Assembly: GCA_028826165.1 (NCBI GenBank)
Contig: JAPDFW010000022.1
Span: forward strand, 372,001 to 436,000
DNA from: Anaeramoeba ignava BMAN
Taxonomy: Eukaryota; Protista; Anaeramoebae
DNA length: 64,000 bases
Direction: 5' to 3'
Both the position numbers and the translations under genes were made by a program. Below are positions 11,164-23,788 of the stretch, one piece after another. The notes beneath the pieces are model-generated. The model did not search any database, was not told where the DNA came from, and worked only from the letters and a program-made list of their open reading frames with translations. Within the stretch, counting starts at the first letter, position 1, and each line of letters starts with the position of its first letter.

Positions 11164-14100
11164 ATGCAAAATTCATTCACAGAATTACCAGCTCTTCATA
11201 AATCAATTAAATATTGTGATCATTTAGTTTCAGAATATCTTCTTTTTAGAGGATTTAAGAATGCAATTCAATGTTTAGAAAATGATAAAAACAACACAAA
11301 AACACATGAATTTAAAGTAAAGAAACTTGTTGATGAAATGTTTTGTCTCATTTCTGATTATGAAGCTAAGGCTCTTTCTCGTTTATGGGATTATTTTGAC
11401 AAAATTTTTTTTAAACATCTTGATAATAAAATTTCAGTTATGACAATTAAAATTATTAATTCCTTAAAGAAATACTATATCGTTAATTGTATCTCTCATC
11501 AAAAGTTTGATAAAGTTAAAGAGTTCTTTGAAATATTTGCAGATACAATGACAAAAACTCCTGAAATGTTGCCTTGGTTTTGTATGTTATTTAATTTTTT
11601 TTAATTTTTTTTTTAATTTTTTTTTTTAATTTTTATTTTTATTTATTTAGCAATTTTATATATTGAAAATCCAGAAAAAGATCCAAGATTTTCTGCTTAT
11701 TTCTCTTTGAAATGGGTTGAAACTTTAAAAGAATCTACTTCTAATTTCTTTAATTCATTATTTGAAAACATTCGTAAATTTAATTTTAATTTTAATTTTA
11801 ATTATAATTTTAATTTTAATTTTATAAATGAATTTTAATTATAATTTTAATTATAATTTTAATTTTAATTTTATAAATGAATTTTAATATTAATTTTAAT
11901 TTTAATTTTAATTTTAATTTTATAAATGAATTTTAATTTTAATTTTAATTTTAATTTTAATTTTAATTTTAATTTTAATTTTAATTTTAATTTTAATTAT
12001 AATTTTAATTTTAATTTTAATTTTAATTTTATAAATGAATTTTAATTTTAATTTTAAAATATTTTAGCACGACCAAGATTATTAAATTTTTATTCTGAAT
12101 ATATGGAAAAACAAGCACTTGAAAATCTTATAATGACATTTGAACAAAAAAACGAAGCAACACGAAATCAAATATCATTTCTCGAACAAGAAATACATAA
12201 TTTGAAAGAAAAAGCAGAATCACTTCGAATTTCAAATCAACCAATTAAAACAACAGAAAATATTATTGAAAAAAAATCACAAGAAATAAAAATTATTGAA
12301 CAAACTAAAGAAATTGAAATTTCTCAAGAAAAAGAAATTCCCAAATCAAATGATACTTTTGATATTATTGAACGTATTGAATATATTCATTCAGGAAGTA
12401 TTTTATCTTGTAGAATCTCTGAAAATACTCAACATTTCGCAAGTGGTTCTTCAGATGGAACTGTTAAAATTTGGAAAAATAAATCAAAAACAAGAAAATT
12501 TAAAGTGGATTCACCAGTTAGATCTCTTGAATGGTCTCAAAATGGGAATTTCGTATGAAAATATATATATAATTAATTTTAATTTTAATTTTAATTTTAA
12601 TTTTAATTTTAATTTTAATTTTAATTTTTAATTTTAATTTTAATTTTAATTTTAATTTTAATTTTAATTTTAATATTTATTTTGATTTTAATTTTTAATT
12701 TAAATTTTAATTTATTTTAATTTTAATATTAATTTTTTAATATTGATTTTAATTTTATAAATTAATTTTAATTTTAATTTTAATTCTAATTTTAATTTTA
12801 ATTTTAATTACTAATAATTTTAATTTTAATTTTAATTTAATTTTAATTTTAATTTAATTTTAATTTTAATTTTAATTTTAATTTTAATTTTTAATTTTAA
12901 TTTTAAATTTTGATTTTTATTTTAATTTTAATTTTAATTTTAATTTTATTTTTAATTTTAATTTTAATTTTAATTTTAATATTAAATTTTAATATTAATT
13001 TTAAACAAATTTTGATATTAATATTAGTTTTAATTTTAATTTTAATATTTAATTTTAATATTTATTTTAATATTTAATTTTAATTTTAATTTTAATTTTA
13101 ATTTTAATTTTGATTTTAATTTTAATTTTAATTTTAATTTTAATATTTAATTTTAATATTAATTTTATTTTAAATTTTAATATTTATAAAATAGTTATTT
13201 TGTGGAACAAGTAATCATAAAATTCAAGTTTGGAATAGAGAAAAAAATTCGATTCTTTTTTCATTTGATAAACTTCCTTTTCCAAAAGTTTCTGCAATGC
13301 GTATTCATCCTTCTCAACAAATTGTTTTTGCATCAACATTATCAAATACAAACAAATCTGGATCACTTGATTCAATTATTTTGAAAGATGGAACAAAAGT
13401 ATAATTATTTTTAAAAAAGCAAAAAAAGTGGAACAAAAAAAAATATTTATTCCTCTTTTTTTTTTTAACAAAAAATAAATTTGTTTATTTAGAAAAATTT
13501 TGTAATTCAAGCTGAAAATACTGGAATAAATTCTTTTGATTTAAATCATAATGGATCTTTAATTGTTACTGGTGGTTATGATGGTGTTATTCGTGTATTT
13601 GATATGAATCAAAAAGAAATAATGGAATGGAAAGCTCATCAAAAAGAGATTACTTCTGTTAAAATTACATTAGATGAAACAGGTGTTTTAAGTGTTGGAG
13701 TTGATGGAAAGGTTTTTAATATTTTTAATTTGAAAAAATATTTAATTTAGAAATATTTAATTTAGAAATATTTTATTTAAAAATATTTAATTTAGAAATA
13801 TTTAATTTAGAAATATATTTAATTTAAAATATATTTAGTTTAGAAACATTTAATTTGGAAATATTTAATTTAAAAATATTTAATTTAAAAATATTTAATT
13901 TAAAAATATTTAATTTAGAAATATTTAATTTAAAAATATTTAATTTAAAAATATTTAATTTAAAAATATTTAATTTAAAAATATTTAATTTAGAAATATT
14001 TAATTTGGAAATATTTAATTTAAAAATATATTTAATTTAAAAATATTTAATTTAAAAATATTTAATTTAAAAAAATATTTAATTTAGAAATATTTAATTT

Positions 14101-14703
14101 GAAAATATTTAATTTGAAAATATATTTAATTTAAAATATATTTAATTTAAAAATATTTAATTTGAAAATATTTAATTTAAAAATATTTAATTTAAAAATA
14201 TTTAATTTAAAAATATTTAATTTAAAAATATTTAATTTAAAATGAAAATATTTAATTTAGAAATATTTAATTTAGGAATATTTAATTTAGAAATATTTAA
14301 TTTAGAAATATATTTAATTTGAAAATATTTAATTTAAAAATATATTTAATTTAGAAATATTTAATTTGAAAATATTTAATTTAAAAAATAAAAGATGTTT
14401 CTTTGGAGTTTAATTAATCAAAAGCAATATTTACAAGAATTCCAACTTCCTAATTTAGATTTCGATCAATTATCAAAAAAACCATCAATAGAAATTGCAA
14501 CAGAAAATAATTTCTTTTTAAATTTGGAATCTGAAGAAATTCAAATTTATAATATTAATAAATCTCAACCAACTCAAATATTAACTTACCCTTATACAAT
14601 TTCTTGTATGGATTTAAGTTTAGTTAATCGATTTGCAATTTTTGGAACTGATAAAGGAAAAACAATTTTAAATAATTTCTCAATTAATTCAAAAGAAAAA
14701 TAA
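11164..14703 (+). CDS. WDR91: WD repeat protein 91-like; exons 11164-11581, 11651-11773, 12068-12552, 13195-13398, 13493-13711, 14395-14703
   Basis: LVSEYLLFRGF, KYYIVNCI...DKVKEFF, PEKDPRFSAYFSLKW, PRLLNF, a coiled coil, then WD40 repeats (ASGSSDGTVKIW, NHNGSLIVTGGYDGVIRVFD); GT-AG frame-consistent introns. Confidence 0.88.
12572..13180. repeat. (TTTAAT)n array in WDR91 intron 3 (same motif in intron 2, about 11780-12055)
   Basis: Direct reading. Confidence 0.9.
13735..14385. repeat. About 15-bp AAATATTTAATTTAR array in WDR91 intron 5
   Basis: Direct reading. Confidence 0.9.
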
Positions 14704-15055
14704 GATTTTTAATTAATTAATTAATTAATTTTTTTCTTTCAATTTTTCTTTTTTAAATTTTCTTTTTTGAAATAAAAATTTAAATTGAAAGAAAAGAAAA
14801 AAGAAAAAAAAAAGAAATTTTTTTGTTCCACTTTTTTTTTTTTTGCTTTTTTGTTTTTTAAAAACAAAATTTGATTAAGAAAGAAAAAAAAAAAGAAAAG
14901 AAAAGAAATAAAGAATTTGAAAGACAAAAAAGAATGAAAATCTTCATTTTTAAAAAAAAAGAAATGAAGTTATTTTTTTGAATAAAAAGATATTTTGTTT
15001 TTGAAAAATAATTTGAGGAAAAATTTGTGAAAAAAAATTTTTTTTTTTTGGGAAT

Positions 15056-18000
15056 TTAAAACCAAATAATATCCCAAATAGGTGAATTTTCTGAAGGAAA
15101 AAGCCAAAGATCAGGAGAAGTTTCAATTCTTTTGAGATTTGTTTCTGAATCTGTTAAGAAATTATTCTTTCCTTTCTTTTCTACTCTTCTATTTAAAACA
15201 TAATCTCCAGTTGGTTGATAATTTAAAACTAAATGATCAGGAAATGGTAATTCCATAGTGACTTCTTTTTCGAAATCGATTTTATCATCTTTAAATTCTG
15301 CAAATAATTTATTATCATTTTCAAATACAATCATACTTTTGTTTTGTTTCTATTTTTATAATTTGATTTAAATATTTAATTTAAATAATTTAATTTGAAT
15401 AATTTAATTTGAATATTTTAATTTGAATAATTTGATTTAAATAATTTAAATTAAATAATTTGATTTGAATAATTTATTTTGAATAATTTAATTTAAATAA
15501 TTTGATTTAAATATTTAATTTGAATAATATAATTTAAATAATTTATTTTGAATAATTTGAATATTTTAATTTAAAATAATTTAATTTAAATATTTTGATT
15601 TAAATATTTTGATTTAAATAATTTAATTTATATAATTTGATTTTATATAATTTTATTTTTGAATAATTTAATTTAAATATTTTGATTTAAAAATAATTTT
15701 ATTTTTGAATAATTTGATTTAAATAATTTGATTTGAATAATTTGATTTAAATAATTTAATTTAAATATTTTGATTTAAATAATTTAATTTAAATAATTTA
15801 ATTTAAAATAATTTAATTTAAATAATTTAATTTGAATAATTTAATTTAAATAATTTAATTTGAATAATTTAATTTAAATAATTTAATTTAAATAATTTGA
15901 TTTGAAATAATTTGATTTGAATAATTTGATTTAAATAATTTAATTTGAATATTTAATTTGAATAATTTGATTTGAATATACTTTTCCCAAACTCATTTCT
16001 CCACTATAACGATAAAAATCAAATTTATTTTGTTGAATTCTTCCATGTGGTTTTCCTTGCTTAAAATGACCAACAATTTTTTCAACAATTTCTGGTTCAG
16101 AATCATCTTCAGAAGGTTCATTTTTATAACAAATAAATTCACCTTTTCCTTCCGGAATATCATTAACCCATTGACCTGTATATTTTATTTTTCCATTATA
16201 AAGAGTTCCATTTCCATGTCTTAAATTTTGATTCCAATCACCCTCATATTTCTTTTTATTATTCCAAATCATTGTTCCATTTCCTTGTTTCATACCTTTT
16301 TCCCAATTACCAGTATAAGTTCCTTCTTTTGTAACAAAAGTACCTATTCCATGTTGCTTTTATTTAAATTAATATTTAAATTAATATTTAAATTAATATT
16401 TAAATTTAATATTTAAATTAATATTTAAATTAATATTTAAATTAATATTTAAATTAATATTTAAATTAATATTTAAATTAATATTTAAATTAATATTTAA
16501 ATTAATATTTAAATGAATATTTAAAATGAATATTTAAATTAATATTTAAATTGATATTTAAATTAATATTTAAATGAATATTTAAAATGAATATTTAAAT
16601 TAATATTTAAATTGATATTTAAATTGATATTTAAATTGAATATTTAAATTATTATTTAAATTGAATATTTAAATTAATATTTAAATTAATATTTAAATGA
16701 ATATTTAAAATATTTAAATTAATATTTAAATTGAATATTTAAATTAATATTTAAAATATTTAAATTAAATATTTAAATGAATATTTAAAAATTCACCAAA
16801 TTATCTTTCCATTCTCCTTCATAAATATCTCCATTTTGATAAACTTGTTTTCCTTGACCTTGCCTGAAATTTTTAAACCAATCTCCTTGATAAAAACTAT
16901 GAGAGACAACAAATTTACCAGCACCATGATGCATATTTTCAACAAAATGACCTTCATAAAAAGAACCATCAGTAAAAGTTAACTTTCCATTTCCATTAAA
17001 TTTATTCTCCTTGAAATCGCCTTTATAAACAGCACCATTTGAGAAAAAATACTCACCAAAACCTTCTTTTTTCCCATCAACCATAATACCATCAAAACGA
17101 ACAAAATTGTTGCATTTAAAAACAAAATTTCCATTAGGAAGATCATTAACCCAAGTGCCAGTTAATGATTCGCCAGTTGAATAAGTGAGAGTTCCAGTTC
17201 CCGATTTTTTGCCTTCATCAAAAAAACCCTTAAAAGATGATCCGTTTGGATATTTAAGCTCACCCTCGCCATGAATCATTGCGCATTTGAATTTTCCAGT
17301 GTATTTTGTTTTGTCATGAAAAACATAAGTTAAAAAACGGTAATTTTCATCGATGATTTTGCAGTTATCAAGTTTGGCGATACTTGATTCCAAACAGCGC
17401 TTGAAATCATGAATGAAGTCAGCTTTCTTCGCATATTGCAAAGTGATTTCTTTTTCGGGAGACTTGATTTTAAACATATCTTTAGTTGAAAAAAATTCGT
17501 TTGATTTTGTCTTCTCATTTTCTTCAACGGTTTCAGAAATCCAAGTTGCGGCTAATGGAGCAAGATATTCCAAAGAAAACTGTTGAGAATCCTTGAAGCA
17601 AAAACACCAAGAAATATGGTCTTGAAAGAGAAAAAGATGCACGATTTTGCCGTTTAGTTCGGGGTTTGATGGATAAACAACCGCTTTACCGATATCCATT
17701 CTGACAAGCTCCATATCGTTGAAAATATTGATTGTGCGCAAGTCTAATGTTGCATTGATTACTTTTGCTTGCTGGATTTCGTGCCCTAATTTCTTCAATT
17801 TTGACTGGACTTCAATCAGGTTGATATAATCAGGATGATTTTCCAAAGTGAAATGAAGAAAATGGCGAATAAAATAATCGTAATCACTTAGTTTTGTTGA
17901 TGGTGAACGCAGAATTTTCTCGATTTGATCCAATTTTTTTGTTCCGGATTTCTTTAAAAAATTGAGAACATTTTTGGAACTCATCCAAAGTTTAACTTTT

Positions 18001-20192
18001 TGGATAATGTCTTCAATCTCATTGGTGTGTTTTTTATACAGCGCTGCGAATTGATTGTGATACTTGAGAAAGACATCTCCCACACATTCGTAGTAATGCC
18101 AATTGGCTCTTTTTGTATTTAGTTCACCAACAAGCATTCGACTAAAAATGAATATTTTTTCAAACGTTCCAAAAAAACTTTCATATTCTTCTTCACTGAT
18201 GATATTTCCAATAGCATCCTCCAAGTTTTTCAGAACGTTTGTCTGGAAATCTGACAAGCTATCGGAGAATTTCTTCTCATGCTGCCACAGTTCTTCAAAT
18301 ACTTTGTCTCGAAGTGTGGAAGGTCCTTTTGGATTTTTTCCTTCTTCAAATTCTTGCCATTCTTTTAGCATTTGTTCGTAATAATTTGTTTTCATGAAAT
18401 TGTGTAATGTTGCGTTTAAGAGGTTTTGAATGTATTGGATTGATTCATCAAATAAATTCGATGTTATTTCTCCTGTTTCGTAAATTTTGAGTATTTTGGA
18501 TCTGATTTGAGATGAAACATTTAGTTCATATTTTCCTTTTTCGCTTAAGAACTATTTTAGGATCAAAATTTAATTGAAAATTAATTTAAATTTGAAATGA
18601 ATTTTAATATTAAATTCAAATCAATTCAATTCAATATTTAATATTTAATTCAATATTTAATTCAATATTTAATTCAATATTTAATATTTAATTCAAATTT
18701 AATTTAATTTAATTTAATTCAATTCAATTCAATATTTAATTCAATTCAATATTTAATTCAATTCAATTCAATATTTAATTCAATTCAATATTTAATTAAA
18801 TTTTAATTCAATTCAATATTTAATATTTAATTCAATATTTAATTCAATATTTAATTCAATATTTAATATTTAATTCAAAATTTAATTGAAAATTAATTCA
18901 AAATTTGAAATGAATTTTAATATTAAATTCAAATCAATTCAATTCAATATTCAATATTTAATTCAATATTTAATATTTAATTCAATATTTAATTCAAATT
19001 TAATATTTAATTCAATATTTAATTCAATATTTAATTCAATTCAATTCAATATTTAATATTTAATTCAAATTTAATATTTAATTCAATATTTAATTCAATA
19101 TTTAATTTAATTCAATATTTAATTCAAAATTTAATTTAATTCAATATTTAATTTTAATATTTAATTCAATATTTAATTTAATATTCAATTCAATTCAATA
19201 TTTAATTCAATTCAATATTTAATTCAATTCAATATTTAAATTCAATATTTAATATTCAATTCAATATTTAATATTTAATATTTAATTTAATTCAATTCAA
19301 TTCAATTCAATATTTAATTCAATATTTAATTCAATATTTAATATTTAATTCAATATTTAATTCAATATTTAATTCAATTCAATTCAATTCAATTCAATTC
19401 AAATTCAAATTCAAATTCAAATTCAAATCAATATTCAATTCAAATTCAAATCAATATTTAATTCAATTCAATTCAATATTTAATTCAATTCAATTCAATA
19501 TTTAATTTAATATTTAATTCAATATTTAATTCAATTCAATATTTAATTTAATTAAATTTTAATACTGTTTGAACAATTGTTTCAGCTGCATTTTTTAATT
19601 CATCCTCATATAAAATTTTGGAAAATTCTTGAGCAGCTTGAAAAAAAAGAAAATTTTCAAGACAAAACTGCTCTTGCAAATAAACTTGAAGATAAGGACG
19701 AGCAAAAGAAGCAAATAAAAGTTTTGAAGATACTTTAAGTTCATCAGGAATTTTTGACTCTGCAAACATAACTTTTTTTGTTTTTTGAGGAGAAAGCAAA
19801 TCATTAGGTTTATTTTTCTTTTGCTTCTTTTTTTTCTTTTCTTCTTGTTTCATTAATTTTTTAAGTGGATCAACTGATTTATTTTTTCCTTTTTTTTTTT
19901 TATTTTGATTTTGATTTAAAAAACCATCTCCAGAAATTTGAAGATTTTGATAATGTTGATTTGCAAATTGCTCAAAAGGAGATGCTTTTAAATCTGGTAA
20001 AGGCAAAAATTTGCTTGTTTGATTTGCTCCTAATCCTATTCTTTTTTGTTGCTCTTCGTTTTGTTTTTGTTGATGCATTTTTAATAAATGAAGTCCAGGA
20101 AGAACTGGATATTCTTTGTTTTTATCTTCTTTATTAATGCTTGGAATTGTATTATCTTCTTTTAATTCAGTTGGAATTGGTGAACGAGACAT
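15056..20192 (-). CDS. RGS - RhoGEF(DH) - PH - MORN-repeat protein; exons 20192-19566, 18551-16797, 16356-15982, 15349-15056
   Basis: RGS: YLQVYLQEQFCLENFLFFQAAQEF spliced to FLSEKGKYELNVSSQIR...LFDESIQYI. DH: RDKVFEELWQHEKKF, VGDVFLK, TLENHPDYINL. PH: HLFLFQDHI. Many MORN repeats (YxGxWxxxxxxGxG). GT-AG frame-consistent introns. Confidence 0.85.
18560..19555. repeat. AATTC/AATATTT composite array in intron 1 of the RGS-DH gene (other arrays in introns 15351-15980 and 16358-16795)
   Basis: Direct reading. Confidence 0.85.
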
Positions 20193-20564
20193 TTTTTATT
20201 TTTTCGTTATATTTTTTATTGAAAATTTCTTTTTATTTTTTTTTTTTGGATTGTTTTGTTTTGTTTTGTTTTGTTTTGTTTTGTTTTGTTTTGTTTTGTT
20301 TTGTGTTTTTTGTGTGATTTTTGTTTTAATTTTGGAAAAAGAAATTGATGAAAAAAAATTTGAAAAAGCAAAAAAAAAATAAATTTTAATTTTTTAATTT
20401 TTTTAATTTTTTTTTTAATTTTTAATTTTTTAATTTTTTTAATTTAAGAAAAATTTTTTAATCAAAATCAATTAAATAAAATCAAAAAAAAGATTTAAAA
20501 AAAAAAGATTTCAGAAATCTTTATTTGAAAATTTTTATAAAGATCTTTTTTTTTTAAATTTTAA

Positions 20565-23500
20565 TTTTGAAATTAATTTATATTTTGAAATTGAAATTGA
20601 AATTGAAATTGATTTATATTTTGAAATTGATTTATATTTTGAAATTGAAATAGATTTCGAAATTAATTTTGAAATTGAAATTGAAATTGAAATTAATTTT
20701 GAAATTGATTTTGAAATAGATTTATATTTTGAAATTGATTTATATTTTGAAATTGAAATTGATTTATATTTTGAAATTGAAATTGATTTATATTTTGAAA
20801 TTGAAATTGATTTATATTTTGAAATTGAAATTAATTTATATTTTGAAATTGAAATTGAAATTGATTTATATTTTGAAATTGATTTATATTTTGAAATTGA
20901 AATTGATTTATATTTTGAAATTGATTTTGAAATTGATTTATATTTTGAAATTGAAATTGATTTTGAAATTGAAATTGAAATTGAAATTGATTTTGTAATT
21001 GAAATTGATTTATATTTTGAAATTGATTTATATTTTGAAATTGAAATTGATTTTGAAATTGATTTATATTTTGAAATTGAAATTGATTTTGAAATTGAAA
21101 TTGAAATTGAAATTGATTTTGTAATTGAAATTAATTTATATTTTGAAATTGATTTATATTTTGAAATTGAAATTGATTTTGAAATTGATTTATATTTTGA
21201 AATTGATTTTGAAATTGAAATTGAAATTGATTTATATTTTGAAATTGAAATTGAAATTGAAATTGAAATTGATTTTGAAATTGATTTTGAAATTGAAATT
21301 AATTTATATTTTGAAATTGAAATTGAAATTGATTTATATTTTGAAATTGAAATTAATTTATATTTTGAAATTGATTTATATTTTGAAATTGAAATTGAAA
21401 TTGAAATTGAAATTGAAATTGAAATTGAAATAGAATTTGAAATTGATTTATATTTTGAAATTGAAATTGATTTAGATTTTGAAATTGAAATTGAAATTGA
21501 TTTATATTTTGTAATTGAAATTGATTTATATTTTGAAATTGATTTTGAAATTGAAATTGAAATTGAAATTGATTTATATTTTGAAATTGAAATTGAAATT
21601 GAAATTGATTTATATTTTGAAATTGAAATTGATTTTGAAATTGAAATTGAAATTGATTTATATTTTGAAATTGAAATAGAAATTGATTTATATTTTGAAA
21701 TTGATTTATATTTTGAAATTAATTTATATTTTGAAATTAATTTATATTTTGAAATTGAAATAGATTTATATTTTGAAATAGATTTATATTTTGAAATTAA
21801 TTTATATTTTGAAATTGATTTATATTTTGAAATTGATTTATATTTTGAAATTGAAATTGAAATTAATTTATATTTTTAAATTGAAATTGAAATTGATTTA
21901 TATTTTGAAATTGATTTATATTTTGAAATTGATTTATATTTTGAAATTAATTTATATTTTGAAATTGAAATTGAAATTGAAATTGAAATTGAAATTGAAA
22001 TTGAAATTGATTTATATTTTGAAATTGAAATTAATTTATATTTTGAAATTGAAATTAATTTATATTTTGAAATTGAAATTGAAATTGAAATTAATTTATA
22101 TTTTGAAATTGATTTTGAAATTGATTTTGAAATTGAAATTGATTTATATTTTGAAATTGAAATTGATTTATATTTTGAAATTAATTTATATTTTGAAATT
22201 GAAATTGAAATTGAAATTGAAATTAATTTATATTTTGAAATTGAAATTGAAATTGAAATTGAAATTGATTTATATTTTGAAATTGAAATTAATTTATATT
22301 TTGAAATTGAAATTAATTTATATTTTGAAATTGAAATTGATTTATATTTTGAAATTGAAATTGATTTATATTTTGAAATTGAAATTGATTTATATTTTGA
22401 AATTGAAATTGATTTATATTTTGAAATTAAAATTGAAATTGAAATTAATTTATAATTTGAAATTGAAATTAATTTATATTTTGAAATTGAAATTGAAATT
22501 GAAATTGAAATTGATTTATATTTTGAAATTGAAATTAATTTATATTTTGAAATTGAAATTAATTTATATTTTGAAATTGAAATTGATTTATATTTTGAAA
22601 TTGAAATTGATTTATATTTTGAAATTGAAATTGATTTATATTTTGAAATTGAAATTGAAATTGAAATTGAAATTGAAATTGAAATTAATTTATATTTTGA
22701 AATTGAAATTGAAATTGAAATTGAAATTGATTTATATTTTGAAATTGAAATTAATTTATATTTTGAAATTGAAATTAATTTATATTTTGAAATTGAAATT
22801 GATTTATATTTTGAAATTGAAATTGAAATTGAAATTAATTTATAATTTGAAATTGAAATTGAAATTGAAATTAATTTATAATTTGAAATTGAAATTGAAA
22901 TTGAAATTAATTTATAATTTGAAATTGAAATTGAAATTGAAATTAATTTATATTTTGAAATTGATTTTGAAATTGATTTTGAAATTGAAATTGATTTATA
23001 TTTTGAAATTGAAATTGATTTATATTTTGAAATTAATTTATATTTTGAAATTGAAATTGAAATTGAAATTGAAATTAATTTATATTTTGAAATTGAAATT
23101 GAAATTGAAATTGAAATTAATTTATATTTTGAAATTGAAATTAATTTATATTTTGAAATTGAAATTAATTTATATTTTGAAATTGAAATTAATTTATATT
23201 TTGAAATTGAAATTAATTTATATTTTGAAATTGAAATTGATTTATATTTTGAAATTGAAATTGATTTATATTTTGAAATTGAAATTAATTTATATTTTGA
23301 AATTGATTTATATTTTGAAATTGAAATTGATTTATATTTTGAAATTGAAATTAATTTATATTTTGAAATTGAAATTGAAATTGAAATTGAAATTGATTTA
23401 TATTTTGAAATTGAAATTGAAATTGATTTTGAAATTGAAATTGATTTATATTTTGAAATTGAAATTGAAATTGAAATTAATTTATAATTTGAAATTGAAA

Positions 23501-23785
23501 TTGAAATTGAAATTGATTTATATTTTGAAATTGAAATTGAAATTAATTTATATTTTGAAATTGAAATTGATTTATATTTTGTAATTGAAATTGATTTATA
23601 TTTTGAAATTGAAATTAATTTATATTTTGAAATTGATTTTGAAATTGATTTTGAAATTGAAATTGATTTATATTTTGAAATTGAAATTGATTTATATTTT
23701 GAAATTGATTTATATTTTGAAATTGAAATAGATTTCGAAATTAATTTTGAAATTGAAATTGAAATTGATTTTGTAATTGAAATTG
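20565..23785. repeat. 3.2-kb GAAATT / GATTTATATTTT satellite immediately 3' of the ELP2 stop codon
   Basis: Direct reading; source of spurious ORFs 21791..23584 and 21876..23792. Confidence 0.95.
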
Positions 23786-23788
23786 AAC

